Shown here piece by piece: positions 1 to 13,624 of a DNA stretch of 64,000 nucleotides. The position numbers and the translations under genes are program-made. Positions within the stretch are counted from its first letter, which is position 1. Each line of letters starts with the position of its first letter. A model generated the notes under the pieces. It had not been told where the DNA came from and did not search any database. It saw only the letters and a list, made by a program, of their open reading frames with translations. Origin of the DNA: Fistulifera solaris (Eukaryota); contig AP026125.1 in the NCBI GenBank assembly GCA_030295235.1, positions 930,001 through 994,000 on the forward strand, given 5' to 3'.

Positions 1-960
1 ACTACAGCCGAAGCAATCATTGGAATAGAAGTCCGTTTAGGCGCCCCACTTGATGTATCTCCGCCCATGAGTTCGCCCAGAACCAGCAATACGTTCGCGT
101 TGGCAAAACTGAATAGCAAGTGAGTAAAATTCCGACTGACCTTTGTTCGGGGTAACATCCACACTTACTGAAAGAAGAAACCAGATAGACTAAGAAGCAC
201 GGTACGCTTGTCCGAGAGCACATCCCGGTATTTTGCTGCCTCGTTAGTCCCATCGCTGCTTCTCGCCTTTTTGACTTCTTGCCATTCTTCTGGGTTCATA
301 GTGTTCTCCAGATGATTGTCTGTGTCTAGCGCCACCTTTCCAGCGAACCCACGACCTAGCTCGTGATCGCCCTCGGGCAGAAATTGAATAAAGAAAAACG
401 AAGCCAGGGCAGCGAAACATAACACCAAGAAGCAGTATTTGACATGAGGATAGACAAAGTAGGCTACAAAGCCCGCCACGATGGCCACAACAACAGCGCC
501 AAGATGGGCAAAAAGTAAATTGGAAGCCATGATGCTATCGAAATGGTTGGGTCCGAAACAAGCCAGTGTCAAAGCCGCTAAACATGGTTCAAAGAAAGCG
601 GCCGATATCCCATCGATCATCTTGGAAATGAAAACAAGCCAATGGTCCTTGTTTCCTGGAGGGACAAGCAAGACGGAGCACGCCGTCACTGCAGTGACAA
701 GTGAAACGGCCACCAGAATAAGACGTCGATCAATTGTAGTCCGATCGAGCCAATCCCCCTGCCCATGGCTGTATTATCAAGCAGGTAAAGCTCATGAAAC
801 CTAGCGCCACACCGACGCTCGATTCATGCCAGCCAAGGCCGACTAAATAAATTCCCTGGAATATACTGAGACCATCGCCTAGCTCACCCAAGCAGAAAGA
901 TGTCAGGAAAAATGCGACCGTTACAGGGAGAACGCTGAGAGACTGATTCTGAAATGTCAT
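1..960 (-). CDS. MFS transporter (5' part; runs off the left edge)
   Basis: ORFs 730-960 and 165-713 join across a probable indel at the CCCCC run near 755-760. GT-AG intron 109-168 is followed by FANANVLLVLGELMGG. Multiple TM helices and MFS-like motifs (LGELGDGLSIFQGIYL, GLGWHESSVG). Confidence 0.8.
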
Positions 961-1778
961 TCTTCTCTATTGGCAATTTTTATAGCCTCTGCTGTGCTGA
1001 ACGCCCTGAAGCTTCTGAAGGACAATTCAAGGTGCTGATCCTTTATTCTTGTGTTGTGTTTAACTCTTGGTAAGCCGCAAAGGCCAGGAATAATGGCGAT
1101 ATGAGAGAAGCGATAGATTATGCAGAAACTTATGGTGAAAATGATGTGTGAAGAGATGCACGTGGGGACTTGGGAGTAGGCCAGCGATGGGCGGGCTTAA
1201 CCGTCATGCTATAAACGGACAAAATACAGTAGCACGAGCCAAAAGTCACATTACAAGAGTACACCAAAGCATTGTCCTTAGGTCTTCGTTGAAGCCCGCG
1301 AAAATGATCTGCAGTATCACAAGTTTCGAAGGCAATAGAATACATAATGATTCAAGTACCGGGTAAGGATCGTTATGATTCCAACGAACATCAACGACCA
1401 AAAACATAAGAAAGTCTCGGATGTAGCTAAGGTTACCAAGGTTAAATGCTATAAAGTTCTCTCGCTTTGCACGGAAGGCCAAGCCTATAACAAGTAGTCA
1501 TGAGACTATCACCAACGCAGCCGGCCAAGGATTCGAGCGCTTATGGTTTCATCAATGGACTTTCAAACGACAACTGACAAGTTCAAACACGGATTACAGC
1601 TCACCTATAAACAATGTAGTTTCTACGTCACGCTAGCTCCCACGCGTATATAATGTCTTTTGTGCAGATTAGATGTGATTGGAAAGGAACCGTAGACCTT
1701 GCGTTCAATCATGAAAGTAAAGTCTGAGATTTTCCAATGCCATGGACTATGCTAAGCCACGAGCCGAGATAAGATCGT

Positions 1779-2459
1779 TTACTTCTTTTTATCGGCTTTG
1801 CTTCGTTTCAGTACTTCCAAGAAGTCAATAAACTCACTGAAAATTGGATACCCGCAGAAGAAAACGAGCAACGACCACTGGATTGTTGCCGAAGTCGAGA
1901 GCTTAACATGTTTGCGTCCAAAGTAAGCAAGAAATGCGACCTCAAATAGGTGAGCGAGAGCGGTGAAATACAGGACATATCTCAGAGCCATACACAGCTG
2001 AAAGGGAGGTGAACTCCCGATGATATTGTTGGTGAAGACATCGAAATTTTTCTCGAGCTGCTCTTGATCGGATAGAAACGCTCCCCAGAATGCGAACGCA
2101 AGTCCCGAGACAATCAAAAGCAAGAGTGGCTTCGACCAAAGCCACGAAAGCTTGGGACCGGTTTCTTTGTGATGAATCGCAATCAAAAGAGGTCGGAGTT
2201 TCGTCTGCGTCACAGGTGCTTCGTCGAAATTGTAGACAACATTTTGTGACTGACACATGTCTCCACTACATGTAATGACTTGAATATGGCAGCCAGCGGA
2301 AGTCACTTTCTTCATGTTGACGCTGGATATCTTCCACTTTGGTTGCAGTTGCACGAGCGACTTGGCCATGGCGTAGACCGACACGTAATGATCGTCATTC
2401 ATGTGAGCGCAGATGCGCTTGGACGTTTCGTCAGAAATTTCATCCTTATCCATACTCAT
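1779..2459 (-). CDS. DUF2470-like domain plus C-terminal TM region (TMEM254-like)
   Basis: RICAHMNDDH is typical of DUF2470/HugZ-associated domains; the C-terminus has AHLFE..A and W...FFCGYP hydrophobic helices. Confidence 0.65.
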   Translation of the reverse strand: MSMDKDEISDETSKRICAHMNDDHYVSVYAMAKSLVQLQPKWKISSVNMKKVTSAGCHIQVITCSGDMCQSQNVVYNFDEAPVTQTKLRPLLIAIHHKETGPKLSWLWSKPLLLLIVSGLAFAFWGAFLSDQEQLEKNFDVFTNNIIGSSPPFQLCMALRYVLYFTALAHLFEVAFLAYFGRKHVKLSTSATIQWSLLVFFCGYPIFSEFIDFLEVLKRSKADKKK

Positions 2460-2856
2460 CTGAGCCAGTGAATGATCCGAGCAGCTTTTGATGAAGGTGA
2501 TCTAACTATTGGCGCCTTCCAGAGCGAAACCTGTGTCATTTCTTGACTTCGCATCAATTTATTTTTTTGCTTTCTCCCTCCATAAACTCCAACGCAATTG
2601 CGAGTCTCGTGCCTCGCGCGGTCAAGTACTGGTAAAACAATACAAAATTCAGAGCGGTACTTGACTATATTGTATTATGTAGATTACTTTTTTTGGTGAG
2701 TACCGATTACTGTACCGATGTACACGCGGCGCCGAACGCTTTCATCATCATTCTGCATCAAAAAATGTTGCGTTGAAGACAATAAAAACCGCCAACCCAT
2801 CACCGTCACCAGCATGTTTTACAATAATCTATTCATTCTATCAAATTGAACCAGAT

Positions 2857-3567
2857 GAACAAAACAATTTACCTTCTTCACTTCCTTCTTATATTTCTCT
2901 TGCGAGAGACTCGTGCCTTCCGTCAACCTCTGCGCACTAGACAATTTCCTCGCGGAACAGTTGTGTTGCGATCATGGCAACCCAAAGAAGACAGCATCTA
3001 TCAAATTGAAAAAGATGTGTTTTCTTCGGTGCAAGAAAGACTCGACTATCAGCGTCTCATGACGGCTTTGGAAGAACCGAGCGCGTCGGATTACACACCC
3101 CCGTGGAAGATTGCCGTCGCCGCGGCCACCACCTTTTCTGTGCTGGTTTTCTTTTCAGTTCGAGCAACGTCTTTTTGTCCACTATAGTATGGATTGCGAC
3201 TTACGCAGCAGCGAATCGAGATCCTTTGGAAGAAGAAGGTCTAGCTGGCCCTTTGACCCGCCTGGTGGGTCGGCGAACTCTAGAATCCTACAAGGCGAAT
3301 GAACCGAAAATAAAGGCTTTGGCGCGAGTAGTTGTTACGGGGCGCGAAGAAATTACGCAACTGCAACACCGCGTAGCGCAACTGGAAGAAGAAAACAAAC
3401 ATTTACGAGAATGGAAAGAGCAACGCATCAAAGTCGATAGGGAGCTTTCGCGATTCTCTCTTGACGAGCTGAGGTTCATTGCCCGGCATCATAACCTGCC
3501 TTCTGGAGGCAACAAAACGGATCTTCTCATGTTGCTAGTTGAAAAGAAAGTCATCCACTTGGGATGA
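2857..3567 (+). CDS. Probable plastid-targeted membrane/coiled-coil protein with C-terminal SAP domain
   Basis: Signal peptide ending TRA-F; ORFs 2846-3187 and 3103-3567 joined by an indel near 3150 (T runs); SAP-like motif FSLDELRFIARHHNLPSGGNKTDLLMLL. Confidence 0.65.
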
Positions 3568-3614
3568 CACTGCTACTATATTTAGGTTAACATTTATAAC
3601 ATCAATTTAGTCTA

Positions 3615-6600
3615 TCACCTTGTTGGTTCTTTCACGTCGCCGTTTCGAAACTCAAGACCCGCAACCAGGCGCGGACCTCCGTGAGAGGCCCATAGATCGA
3701 GCCGCGCCCCTCGCAATAAATCGTCGACCAGGTGTATTACTAATCTAGCGATCAAATTAGCAATTTGCGACCGAAGCATGTCGCTTCCCAACGCGCGTTC
3801 ATGCCACCTGTCGAGGAACTTGAGTTCGTTGCTCAGGTCATCGGCTGTCGCACGTATAGCAGCTTCGTATTGCTCCGGATCAGGTCGCTTTCTATTAAAT
3901 CCGTCACTTGTAATCCCCCGAAGCATATCTTCCTCTGTGATCGGCGTGAAAGAAAACGAAAGTCTGTGCCCAAGTATGTGGAATTCAAGTCCCTCACAAA
4001 AATCGGAAATAATTGTTGTAGCCATTGTGATAATGTTGCTCAAGAGTTCACGCTGCCACGCCAATGGGAACAGCTGCAGAAGTGGTGCTGATATTTGTGC
4101 GTGAGATAGCAGCGTTTCTACGATAGCTCCACGCTGAAGAAAATCAAGGTCCCGCTTTCGGCGATGAAATCGTCGCTTGTGTTTATTTTTCTTTGCCCCG
4201 CGGAACATAACACCTTCCAGCGCTCTTGTAGCATAGTCTGCCGAAGAATCACTCCCTGGGATCATGCCTGCTAAAAGAGGTGGCAGCCCAGGTGTGTGTT
4301 CCATGGATAATCGAATGTCAGAATATTTCATCACATTGAGACCATGAATGGATGATATGCTTCGCGCTAAAACGGACATTAAGGCTTTGCACACTGATTT
4401 GTAGGCAGCCATTTCTGCAGCTTCTCCAATCTTTTGTCCAAGTCCGTTGCGCAGTAACCAATTTCCACTGTTGCGCCCGCCAGCGTTATTCTTTCGTTGC
4501 CGTTTAATTGAAGCAAAATCTTCTGACAAATCTTCGTCGTCATCGTCGTCGTCACTATCACGCCACAAATCTGTATGATTCAATTTGACAAGTCTCTCAC
4601 TAAGAAAAAGGACTTCGAGATAGTTGTCGACGAGATCCTGCGGAGGAAAATTGAACCTTCTTGATGCGATCAGACTAATTGGAGAGCTATCAGTAACGTT
4701 CTCATCCAATGTTAGATTTTCTTCTTCGGAGGTATAATTCCATAAAGGATTCGGTCGACGCTGAAGCATGTCCTTCTCACACACAAGGTCCATAATACGC
4801 TGCTGATACTCGGCAAAAAGCTTATCGATCTCCTTGACTCTTTCCATCTTTTTCCGTTGCAGCAATGCCTCCTTAGCACTTCGCTTACTTTGAGAGTCAA
4901 ACGCATTTGAATTTCGACGCCCAAAAATTCCAAAGCTGCCGTCGGGAATCCTTTTCCTTGCGCGCTCTATAGCTGCCAGTCGGCGTCTGACCATGCCGAG
5001 TTGCTCGTTTTCAGGCTCCGATGTGCTTGAAGCACAAGTCTCATCTACAGAGTGATTTTTCCCGCTCAAAAATCCGTGAAGGCCAGTGTACTTTGCCGCT
5101 ACCTTTCGTACACCACGTAAATAGTGTGACGTTCGGAGAGCAGGATGACTGTTGGCGAGCCCCAGACTGAGGAAAGCATCGATTGCACCCCACTGAAATC
5201 AGTTTTGTGAGATTCGTCCACATGACAAGTAGACGGGAAAAACAACCATTAACTTACCATTCCAGATGACTCAAATTGACTTCGTTGCCGAGCGGATCGT
5301 TTCTCAATTTGACCATTTGCATCATCCGAAGGCACTCTCAATTCAGGTTCATCGTCCTGAAAAACTGATTTGCCCTCGGAATTGCTCTCAGATAATTGAG
5401 TTGGTTCTGGATCAGTCACGGCCGCATCTACTTGACTTTCTTCAACTCGAGAGGTAGCTTCGATCAGCTCTTTCTCGTCTTCGCCATCAATTGGTTCATT
5501 GTCCATAATCATTTCGTCGCTTTCAGTTTCATCAAAAGCAAGCATTTGCTTTGAAGCGAGGTCATTCACTTCAGTCACTTCCTCACTATCGTTTTCGTCT
5601 TCCGTTCCCACCGTCTCTTGCTGGATAGAATTGCTTATTGGAGTATCCGAAAGGGATTGATTGGAATATTTCCGGCTGAAAAATCCATGCAAATGTGTGA
5701 CTTTGGCGGTGCCTTTGCGAATACCTCGAAACTAAGAAGCAAGCATGTTAGTCTTCGCATTTTGTTTTCTAAGAAGAGATTTCGATTACTTACAACCGAA
5801 TACGCTTTCCGATCATCTTCCGTTGCGCTGCTAGTCATATTTGAGGTCAGGTTCGTGCTCTTTATGCCTTTAGTCTGACTGTCTGAAGCTTTTAGTCCAT
5901 CATTTCCCACGTCTAGTTCGACATCGATAAACGTGTCATTGTTAATCGATTCGCTCGTTATAACAGTGGTCTCACTGTTATACATCACCTGCACCTGTTG
6001 ATCGACTTCTATGGATATTTCTTGCACTACGGTATCAGGATCGCCGTTTCCTTCACCAGCATTATCGTTTATTAACCGTGAAGCAGCACTGGCAACTTTT
6101 CCGGTTTCAAGAGGCTCTAAAAAAGGAAAGCGTCTCTTTGCTTCTTTGACGAGAGCACCGCCTCGCTGGCCGTTAGGAGGCGATTCGTCGTTCGTTTCTG
6201 CGGTGTTGTTGTCTTCGTCAATAGAGTCGTCGCCTATACCTTTTTGATTCTCTTCATCTCCAGCAACAGCATCGACCTCTGATTCTTCATCATCATATTC
6301 TACTTCGACAGCTTCGTCGTTCTCGCTTGTAGTTTTCTCTATTGAGGATAAATCAGTGGCTTCCGATTCGTCGTCATTGCCATCTTCGGTTATTTCTGAC
6401 ATGATTTGGTTATTGAGTTCATGTAAGCCACCAGAAAACCACGATAAACGATTTTTCTCTGTGATTGATTGATTAGTTTTTTTGGCGAGTTCATCTGACG
6501 AGTTAGAGTCCACCTCGACCTCCTTGACATCGTCTTTGGTAACGGTCAAGTTTGAGGCACCTCCACCTATCGAGGTTAAATTCATTCTATTAGCTCCCCA

Positions 6601-6729
6601 TGATATTGATAATTGATTGACGAAAAATAAGTGGGTGCCCTCCGTTTGTGTTACATGTATCGAGATGAGTAAGATGCCGATCATTGTTGTTCGCAAAATG
6701 CGAAGGAAAGGGAGGTGCGACGGCTTCAT
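3615..6729 (-). CDS. Uncharacterised protein: signal peptide, long acidic low-complexity region, coiled coil, globular C-terminus
   Basis: Collinear ORFs 5635-6729, 5249-5692 and 3615-5069 linked by probable introns (~5722-5800, ~5194-5258) and a probable indel. Confidence 0.6.
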
Positions 6730-7302
6730 TTTTTTGGTTGCGTGAGAGGAAATGAAAAGCTTTGACGGCCTCTGCCGGCACGATTTATTTCGCAGTTCAA
6801 ACAGATAGATTTATCCTTCCAGCCCGTCGTAACAAGAAGATAGGCTTCAGTTTGAGAACCTTGTTTGATTATGCAAGGTCAAGTCGTCCTTGATCATGTG
6901 TTGCAACATTTGCAATCACTGTTTTGGCGTTGCATGCGCGAAGTGGTACTTGTCAATCTAAAGAATAAGTAAATCTCTTTCCGGTATCAAAACACTATAA
7001 GTAAACGGTGAACAATGCCGACGACTCAAAAAAGTTCCAGTCCCGGAAAGGACCAGCCGCATGAATGAATCATCGCCGCACCCTCAGGATGGATAGGTAT
7101 AACTCGCAACAAGTTTTACGAGGGCACTGATTTAACTACTCACTCCGTCTGATTCTATTGATGTAACGTCATTGAAGACGGAATAAGCTGCGTCGATTAG
7201 AAGAAACAATATGGTGTAATGAACGTCGAGACTGTAAGTTGATACGAAAGCATACGAAAACTTCTGCTATCAAAGTTGAATAAATTCTTATCCCCTACAA
7301 CT

Positions 7303-9054
7303 TTACGAGCTCTTCGGTTGCACCCAATTATCCGGAATCAGCGCGTCATGGATAATTTCACGGTGACATGACCAGACGAGTTGAATGGCCTCAATGGTCC
7401 CGATTCCTGCCCCTCGTGGATCACCAGCAGGTCCGAACCAGTGGTTTTGTGGTGCTCCCGTTGTGCGAGCACGTCGACCCGTGTACGTTGTTCCATTTAC
7501 CGTGTTCGATAAGACTTTCGTCTGGAAGGCAACATCGTTGGAGACGACAGCTGCCGTAAGATGGTGAGACATGCGTTCGAGGGCATCAAGGACATCGGAA
7601 AGGGTCTCATCGTTGTAATAAGTAATGACCTGGAAAGGTGCAAAAATTTCTGTGGCACATGCTTCGAAATTATCTCCTTTAATCATCTCCGACAATGGTA
7701 CAAAAACTGCAGTCGGTTCACAGGCACCGTATTTGTCCGGAATGTTATGGTCAGCCAACTCGTTTCCACCCCACAATATCGACGCTCCGTCAATGGCCGC
7801 CAATTTGTTGGTGTGATCCAAAAATTGCTTTGTTGTCACAGTTAACGTCGGCCCCACCGTCAAATCCTGCAAGTTTCGTTTCATCGCCAGATCTTTCATC
7901 TTATCAACCAACCCCACGCTCTTCCAGTTTTCGTGCACAAAGCAAATGGATTGTGCGGAACACTTTTGACCGATAGATGCGTAGGCATCTTGATCGCACT
8001 GCCACGCCACATAATCCACATCACCGACGTCGGGCCCAATCACCTTCCAGTCAAAACCAGCGTCTTCGAGTCGCACTTTCCCGTGTGTCGCCGCGGAAAG
8101 TAGTTCGCCGACGCGAGAAGAACCCGTAAACTGCGTCAAGCGTACCGGTGTGCCGACAATGACCTTTTGTGCCACGGGTCCCCGACAATTGAGAAAATCA
8201 ACGTCCGCCATATCCATGCCACAATCATGCAACAGACGCAAGAATTGTTCCATGACCACCGAGACTTGTTCCGATGGTTTCAATACGGGCTTGTTGCCCA
8301 TAAAGAGCGCACCCATAAGCTGAAGGCAAGGAATTTCGAGAGGAAAATTAAAGGGACTGACAATGGCGACCGGCCCGAACGGCCAACGATGACCTACGGT
8401 CATCTGTCCGTAATGATCCCCCGGAACACCAAAGGAACGCGCCAGTTGACGAACATTGTCACCGCCAAAGTTGTTGAGAAATTGAGCCGACACTCTCACT
8501 TCTCCGAGCGCTTGTGCGTGCGATTTCGGGACACAGCTCATAATGGTCCGCGCAAAGTATTCGGCGATATCCGGATCCATCAAGGCATGACCAGCCTGCG
8601 TTAAAACAACAGTGTTGAGATAATTCGTCCTGACTTACTTTTTCAACAACAGAAACGAGTTGCGTTGTCGTACCTTTCGACTGATATCACCATACTGCAA
8701 GTAACGTTCCGGCTTCTTGAGAGGATTGTGCAATCCCGATTTGGGAACCTTCCGAAGTGAATCAATAAACGGTTGAATTTCGTCTTCTTGTGTATCACAG
8801 ATCGTAAAGATCGGACCTTTATCTTGATCGAGCGGATCAATAATGCTCATCGTCTGCTTTGCGTCGTGCGACCATTGACCGTCGACCAAATTCGGCACCG
8901 CGTACACTTCCTTCCCCTTGGTTCCGGCGGAATACGGATCATACGTTGCCCAGCTCGGTATCATCGTGGACAGAAGACGCGTCGTCGTGAAGTTGTGTAA
9001 ATTTTTGAAGTGTTTGCCGCACTGCTGTCGAACGGGTAATACAGCGGCTAGCAT
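7303..9054 (-). CDS. ALDH12: Delta-1-pyrroline-5-carboxylate dehydrogenase (ALDH12 family), probably mitochondrial
   Basis: Motifs SPFNFPLEIP, FTGSSRVG, LEDAGFDWK, GQKCSAQS, TTGAPQNHWFGPAGDPRGAGIGT; intron ~8598-8674; basic N-terminal presequence. Confidence 0.92.
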
Positions 9055-9481
9055 CGTTTTATGAAAAGGAAAGATATCTTTTCGCTTTTGGTTGGATTCG
9101 GAGGATGGAGATGTTGATGGATTTGATGTCAACAAAGGTGTAATTGCATTCGTCGCTTCCGACGAGAAAGTGAGCACAAAATGCGAAACGGACGCTGTTT
9201 CGCGTTTTTCGGAGGAGCCGATTTTCGAAGAGCTTTTGAGAAGGTGCGCGCGCAGACGCCGCGGTGCGCGACTTGATGGATCCCGGTATGACACATTCGA
9301 TGCCGGATAAACAAACACGAACCAGATTTCATTCTTGGATGCCTTCATTCTCGTCGTCGCCGACGACAGAAAATAAATGCTCCACCTGTCATTTTGATGG
9401 GCGATAAAAGGAAAGACAAGTTTTATAAAATATCTTCCTTTTATCTACTTGAAGATACATTTCTCCGCACTTCAAAAGACA

Positions 9482-10841
9482 ATGAGCAGCAGCTTAGACG
9501 AGGCAGTAACCTCGGAAGAAGAAGTAGCCATATTGTCGGTGCGGCAACACGATGAAAATCGTCCGAGAAAGATAACATCGCGCGTCTTGGGCGGTTTGTC
9601 CCTCTTTTCTGTATTCACTGCGTCAATATACATGGGACATGCCGTGGTTTGTGTTATGGTGGCACTCATTGAAGTTCTTCTCTTCCGAGAACTAGTGCGA
9701 GTCCGTTATTCGAAATTCTTTGCGCAGATTCAAGACACCATCCCTTTATTTCGCACCACACAATGGTTTCTGGTTTACCGTCGCCATCTTTTATACATAC
9801 GGCGACTTTTTATCGGATGTCATTCAGAGCAATTCTAAGATGCATTACTTGCTTCCTTACGTTCAATATTTGCCAACAATATCGTTATTCTTGTACAGTG
9901 GAACACTCATCTTGACGATATCGACGTTACAACGAGAGCAACTCAAATTTCAAATCAATCAACTGTGCTGGACCATTCTAGTGATCCTTGTCACAGTAGG
10001 GCAACTCAAAGGCATTATGCACAATATTTTCAATGGATTCATCTGGTATGTCTTGCCATGTTGTCTCGTCTTTGTCAACGATATCATGGCCTACGTGTCA
10101 GGCATGCTTTGGGGGAGAAAGTTCATACAGCGCCCTTTAATCAGCTTTTCGCCCAATAAAACGTGGGAAGGATTTATTGGAGCCATTGTCTTTACCATGA
10201 TCACGGCCTGGTATTTGAGTCGTTTCCTTGCTCAATTCTCGTGGATGACTTGTCCTACGAATCAATTCACTCTCTTTCCGAGTGAACTCCAATGTCGCAT
10301 GGATCCTATTTTCTTGCCGGCGCAAGTGAGAGTCCCGCCACAAATCTTTGATTTACTGCCCCGCTGGTTGGTCAAATTGATACCCAACGTTGTACACATT
10401 TGTAAAAACAGTGACAATCGACTCGATCCTTGTGTCTCCGGAAATGCGTCGCAAACACTGCATCACTTTGAATTGACGTTAACCAACTATTATCCCATTC
10501 AAATGCACGCACTGTGGTTGGGATTGTTTGCAAGTCTGGTAGCACCCTTTGGTGGCTTTCTGGCTTCGGCCTTCAAACGAGCGTACGGTCTCAAAGATTT
10601 CGCCAGCATTATACCCGGACACGGGGGTGTGATGGATCGCATGGATTGTCAGTTTCTCATGGCGCTGTGCACGTGGGTGCATTATAATACCTTTGTGAAG
10701 TTGGCATCGGTGAGTGTCCCGAAACTCGTGTACATGTACACCATGTTGACCGACCAGGACAAGCTCGAGTTTCTTGAAGCGATCACCCATTTACGACAAG
10801 ATGGATCCACTTCCGCGGCCGAATTTCCGTACGTTAGATGA
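9482..10841 (+). CDS. CDS1: Phosphatidate cytidylyltransferase (CDP-DAG synthase)
   Basis: Motifs SPNKTWEGFIG and FKRAYGLKDFASIIPGHGGVMDRMDCQ; indel near 9768 joins ORFs 9449-9838 and 9720-10841. Confidence 0.92.
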
Positions 10842-10906
10842 CCTTTAGAGATATGATTCAAATCTTGCTAGTATTAGTCTTAATGGCATTACTGCTTGGT
10901 AGAGAT

Positions 10907-12062
10907 TTAAATATTCTCGTCGAGAGCACTTTTCACCGCGTCCTCCACGGTGGGATGAGAAAACTGGAACCCGCTTTTTAGCAGCTTCGTAGGAATAGCC
11001 CGAACGCCTCCCAAAAGCGTCTCTTCTCCCATTTCTCCAAATAGCAGAGAAACAGCAAATCCAGGAAACGGAAGTATCGTCGGACGAGATAGGGCTTTTC
11101 CCAGTGCTTGGGTGAATTGAGCGTTGGTACAGGGTTGCGGAGCGCAAAAGTTCACGGGCCCCTTGAGGGACGGTGTTTCCATGCCGTGAACAATCGCTCG
11201 AGCAACATCACGGGCCGAAATAAACGAAAAGTACTGATCCCCCGATCCCACATTTCCACCTCCTCCTAACCAGAAGATGGGAGCCAGTTTGGCGAGAGCG
11301 CCTCCCTTGGTCGACAAGACTACACCGAAACGCATGTTGACCACACGGGCAGCTTTGTTGGTAGTTTGAGTCGCCGCCTCCGCTTGTCGCGATACTTCTG
11401 CCAAAAATCCTTCTGTCGAAGAAATATCGGCTTGTTCATCGACTGCCGGTTTCGATTCCCCAATAAAAGTATTGCCATAGGCGCCGACCCCCGATGCTGC
11501 CATGAAAACGACGGGTCTCTTTGTTGCTGTAAAGGCGGTCGAGAGTGCTTTTGAAGACTCGACACGTGAGTTGAGAATTTCCGCCTTCTTCGCGTCACTC
11601 CAGGGCCGTAACCCTATGAATCCGAGTGGTCCCAGTCCAGTGGCGATATTTTCGCCGGCCAAATGAATCACTGCATCAAACTCGGCAGCGACAGGTAAGA
11701 TCTCTTCCGGAGATGTACCCTTTGGGTTCCAAGCAACCGAGGTGTCTTCCTCGGATAATTCACTGGACGCTTGATTGCTGCGTCGCATATTGACGATACG
11801 GATGGGTTTTCCATTGATAGTGCCCTTCTTTCCCAGTTCATCACGAAGAGCAGTTCCCACCAAGCCACTTGCTCCAGTGATTCCTACAGTGTATGTTTTC
11901 GAGTCTGACATGGTAGAGGAGAAGGCTTTGGTGATGGTGTCCATAAAGGATGCAGCAGATAAGGTCGTCTTTCGCGTGATCGAAGGGGAAACGGTTCGTT
12001 GAAATGCCAAACAAGAACGTGAAGTCGAGCTCACGAGAAAAAAGCATCATAAGTCCTTTCAT
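10907..12062 (-). CDS. NAD-dependent epimerase, TIGR01777/YfcH/SDR39U1 family, probably plastid-targeted
   Basis: GITGASGLVG, VIHLAGENI, RFGVVLS..GGAL, GSGDQYFSFIS, P.KLL.SGFQF; signal peptide MKGLMML...CLA-F broken by an A-run indel near 12040. Confidence 0.88.
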
Positions 12063-12298
12063 TATCCTCTCAGTTCACCGTGACGGAGTTTCTTTTTCTT
12101 CTATTTGCTTGTTATGCCTCTAGTCTTGAGTTGAATAGACTAGGCAATGAAGAAACGATGGTGGTCGCAAAAAAAAGTGAGATGTGCTTCGTTTGCGACG
12201 GTGAGTCAGACCATCCGCGACTGACTTAATAAATCTCAGTCCCGGAAGATGACCATGATTTCGTTCTATCAACGTTTTGTTTTCAAATCGAGGCAGTT

Positions 12299-12331
12299 AG
12301 GCCAATGCTAACCGGGGGTTAGCATTGGCCT
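12299..12331. repeat. Perfect 15-bp inverted repeat with 3-nt loop
   Basis: AGGCCAATGCTAACC-GGG-GGTTAGCATTGGCCT read directly. Confidence 0.9.
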
Positions 12332-12725
12332 TATTGCTTCCCTGATACGAAACAAATACGTCGGACAAGGAAAACGTTGACATCGGTGCACTGTAAATTT
12401 GAGAATTGGATGATGCCGAAAATACTCATATCCGGGTACCCCTACAGAGATAAATTTCCTACGGCGGCTACGTAAAATACGCGTAGACACTGGAAGCGTT
12501 TCATCTTTTCACTATTTCATGTTTCAATGATAACTCAAAGTTGATTATTGTTTCATGGCATGCATTAGAGATGTTGGACAACGTACCGTTGGCATTGGTG
12601 TCCAAAAGACGCGAACAATGGTGTGATCGAAATTAGACAATATCCGGGTATCCATCTGTCGATAAATTTCCCTACGAGAGCTACGTGAAATTACGTAGAC
12701 ATTCGAAGCGCTGCATTTTTCATGC
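12330..12725. repeat. Degenerate direct repeat, two copies with ~211-bp period
   Basis: Shared blocks GGACAA..CGTTG.CAT.GGTG, ATATCCGGGTA, GATAAATTTCC, CTACG..GCTACGT.AAAT, CGTAGACA..GAAGCG..CAT.TTT.CA near 12360-12510 and 12573-12722. Confidence 0.8.
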
Positions 12726-13029
12726 GTTTGACGTATTGCAGTCGTTTTTCACAAGATGAAAGCGTTGATGGCCAAAAGAGACTCTGGATGTCGCATTTGA
12801 TCATCATCACGCCGGTACCAGGGTACAAATAATAAAACTTTTCCATCGAAAGTGTTAATGCGGGGCCGCGAGAACCTTAGCCTTATCCTTATCTGATATT
12901 GTTTACAAACACTCGCGGTTGGCAAATAATAATCATCGTCCGCGCTGACCGCAAATCACGCATCGGCACGGCGAAGCATAAACTTATGTCTTTGTAAAAA
13001 CCGATAACACAATTCAGAGCAGTATCAAA

Positions 13030-13562
13030 ATGGCAGACTTATTCGGTGAAGAAGATGATCAGCAAGACATGGAGGAGGAGGAAGAAGACGACGAAGAAGA
13101 AGATATTCTTGATATGGGAGAGGACGAGGGCGTACATCAACAAGATGTGCTTTTGATGCGCTTTTGTCCACATGATTCCTCTATGCTTTATCCAAAAGTA
13201 TGTTTTCTCGTGCTTCGGAACTCTGCAGTGTATTATAATTGCTAACAACTTTCGTGAAACTTTTCACAGGAAGACAAACGAAACAAATCGCTGCTTTACG
13301 CCTGTCGACTATGTCGGTACACAGAACCATCACCCAATCAACCCCTCGTTTATCGGAATGAAAAGAAAAAGGAGATCGGCAATATTTTACATACCGTACC
13401 CTCGGCGATTTCTGACGACCCCACGCTAGCACGATCGCAAAAAGCAAACTGTGCGAATTGTGGCCACAATGAAGCGGTCTTTTTCAGAGTGATGTCGCTC
13501 AACAGGATTCCCTGGCATTGATTTTTGTCTGCTGTAATTGTGATCACAAGTGGGTAAACTAG
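13030..13562 (+). CDS. RPB9: RNA polymerase II subunit RPB9
   Basis: MRFCPHDSSMLYPKED, intron 13198-13269, LLYACRLC, DDPTLARS, CANCGHNEAVFFQ...LIFVCCNCDHKW; one T missing in the run near 13480. Confidence 0.92.
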
Positions 13563-13624
13563 AATGGAGTTTTAATTTAGGTAGCGCTAGACTAGACCAT
13601 GTATCTTGAGATGGAAGAGTATTG

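Noticed and set aside
1495..1755. Possible further 211-bp-spaced TCATGA heads (1498, 1709)
   Set aside because: Similarity to the repeat head is too weak to support by eye.
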